From Octopus vulgaris (taxonomy: Eukaryota): a DNA stretch of 64,000 bases. The notes beneath the pieces were generated by a model. The model saw nothing but the letters and a program-made list of their open reading frames with translations. It did not search any database and was not told the origin of the DNA. Every line of letters starts with the position of its first letter. Position 1 is the first letter of the stretch. Of the stretch, positions 62,785 through 64,000 are shown in pieces. The stretch is from assembly GCA_951406725.2 (NCBI GenBank), contig OX597816.1, forward strand, positions 178,498,001 to 178,562,000. Reading direction: 5' to 3'. Both the position numbers and the translations under genes were made by a program.

Positions 62785-64000
62785 AGAGACGTGTAGATTT
62801 GTGTTGCATCCAAGAAGTAAGGTGGAGAGGAGGTTCTGCTAGGTTCCTCACAGGCAAAGAACGTAGGTATAAGATTTTCTGGGTAGGGAACACTACGAGG
62901 TCGGGGGTGTGGAGAAATGGTTTGATAAGGTCATCTGGGTAGTCAGAGTTTGTGATAGAATACTTATGATTAGATTAGTGCAGCAACATGGGTTAGCAAC
63001 CATTATCTCAGCCGGGGCTACCTGATGAACAGAAAGACCGATTTTATGACATCCTCTTGCAAACAACCTTGTCAGCGAATGACAGGGACCTTCTCTTTGT
63101 GACTGGTGACTTCAATGGACATGTTGGACATGCAGGGGGCTTCCAGGGCGTACATGGAGGTTACAGTTTTGGTTCCCTCAATGAAGAGGGAACCAGGCTG
63201 CTGGAGTTCTGTGATGCAAATGATCTAATGGTTTTTAATACTAACTTCAGGAAACCTGCCAGTCACCTAGTCACCTACCGATCTGGTAGACACACAAGTT
63301 AAATTAACTACATCCTCGCCAGGAAACGAGAAAGATGGCTACCTATAAATACCAAAACCTTCCCAGGTGAAGAATGCACTGCACAACATAGATTAGTAGT
63401 TAGCAACTTCAGGATCAGGGCTAAATGGATGTCCAGAAGACGACCAGCATGGTGGAGAAGGGTCTGGAAGCTTAAGGATCCTGTGAATGGACAGAGATTT
63501 AGAGACATATTACTCGGAGCCTTTGACGAAATAGAAGGGGATATAGCTTCACGTGGTATAAAAGACAACTGGAGGTTCCTACAGGACAACCAGCTAAGGG
63601 CCACCGACCAGATCTGTGGATGGTGCAAAGTACCCTCTCAACCCAAAATAACGTCGTGACAGGGCCATTAGGGAAAAGAAACAGGCATGGAAGGACTGGA
63701 AGAACGGTGGTGGCAGGGAATTATATCAGACTGCCAGAAGGGAAGCTAAGAGACAGGTTTATTTAGCCAGAGGGGAAGCAGATAAGACAAAAATTGCCAA
63801 TGTTCTGTTCCGCGAGGACGAAAGACTTGAGGTCTTTTGTGTTGCAAGACAGTGTGTGAGAGAGAATCATGATGTGGTAGGAGAGAAATGTGTCCGCATG
63901 GATGATGGTTCACTTGCATTTAATGAGGCTGCAAGGACAGAGACTTGGAGGTGTCACTATGAAAGATTGCTAAATGAAGAGAATGAATGGGAGAAAGAGA
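62785..64000 (+). mobile_element. RTE LINE 5' region (AP endonuclease domain, pseudogenised; runs off the window)
   Basis: Motifs GDFNGHVG, NEEGTRLLEFCDANDL, NTNFRK..LVTYRSG, INYIL, QHRLVV, WKLKD. Stops and frameshifts are present. Confidence 0.9.

Overview
This is eukaryotic, AT-rich, repeat-dense animal DNA. The SINE/RTE repertoire and microsatellite load point to an octopus, which is an inference rather than a database result. One host gene spans almost the whole window on the minus strand: a PPP1R37/LRRC68 orthologue (PP1 regulatory subunit with an N-terminal RVxF motif, ribonuclease-inhibitor-like LRRs and a long Ser/Pro/Asn-rich tail). I traced 11 coding exons (59633 to 1849) with GT-AG boundaries and consistent phases. 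The gene has a 26.5 kb first coding intron and a probable NRF1/YY1-type promoter near 60.37 kb. The introns carry tRNA-derived SINEs, RTE LINEs and their 3' tails, a CR1-type LINE, Helitrons, mariner/Tc2/piggyBac-type elements and Penelope-like remnants. Most short ORFs in the track are repeat artefacts. The most unusual signals are five: (i) a structured ~67-nt RNA module in the RTE 3' UTR that varies in copy number and is amplified to a near-perfect array at 38.6-39.2 kb; (ii) a PHD-type zinc finger inserted inside the RTE reverse transcriptase; (iii) a degenerate Penelope-type hammerhead ribozyme; (iv) a multi-layer nested transposon at 17.2-20.9 kb; (v) intronic fold-backs that are candidate ADAR substrates.
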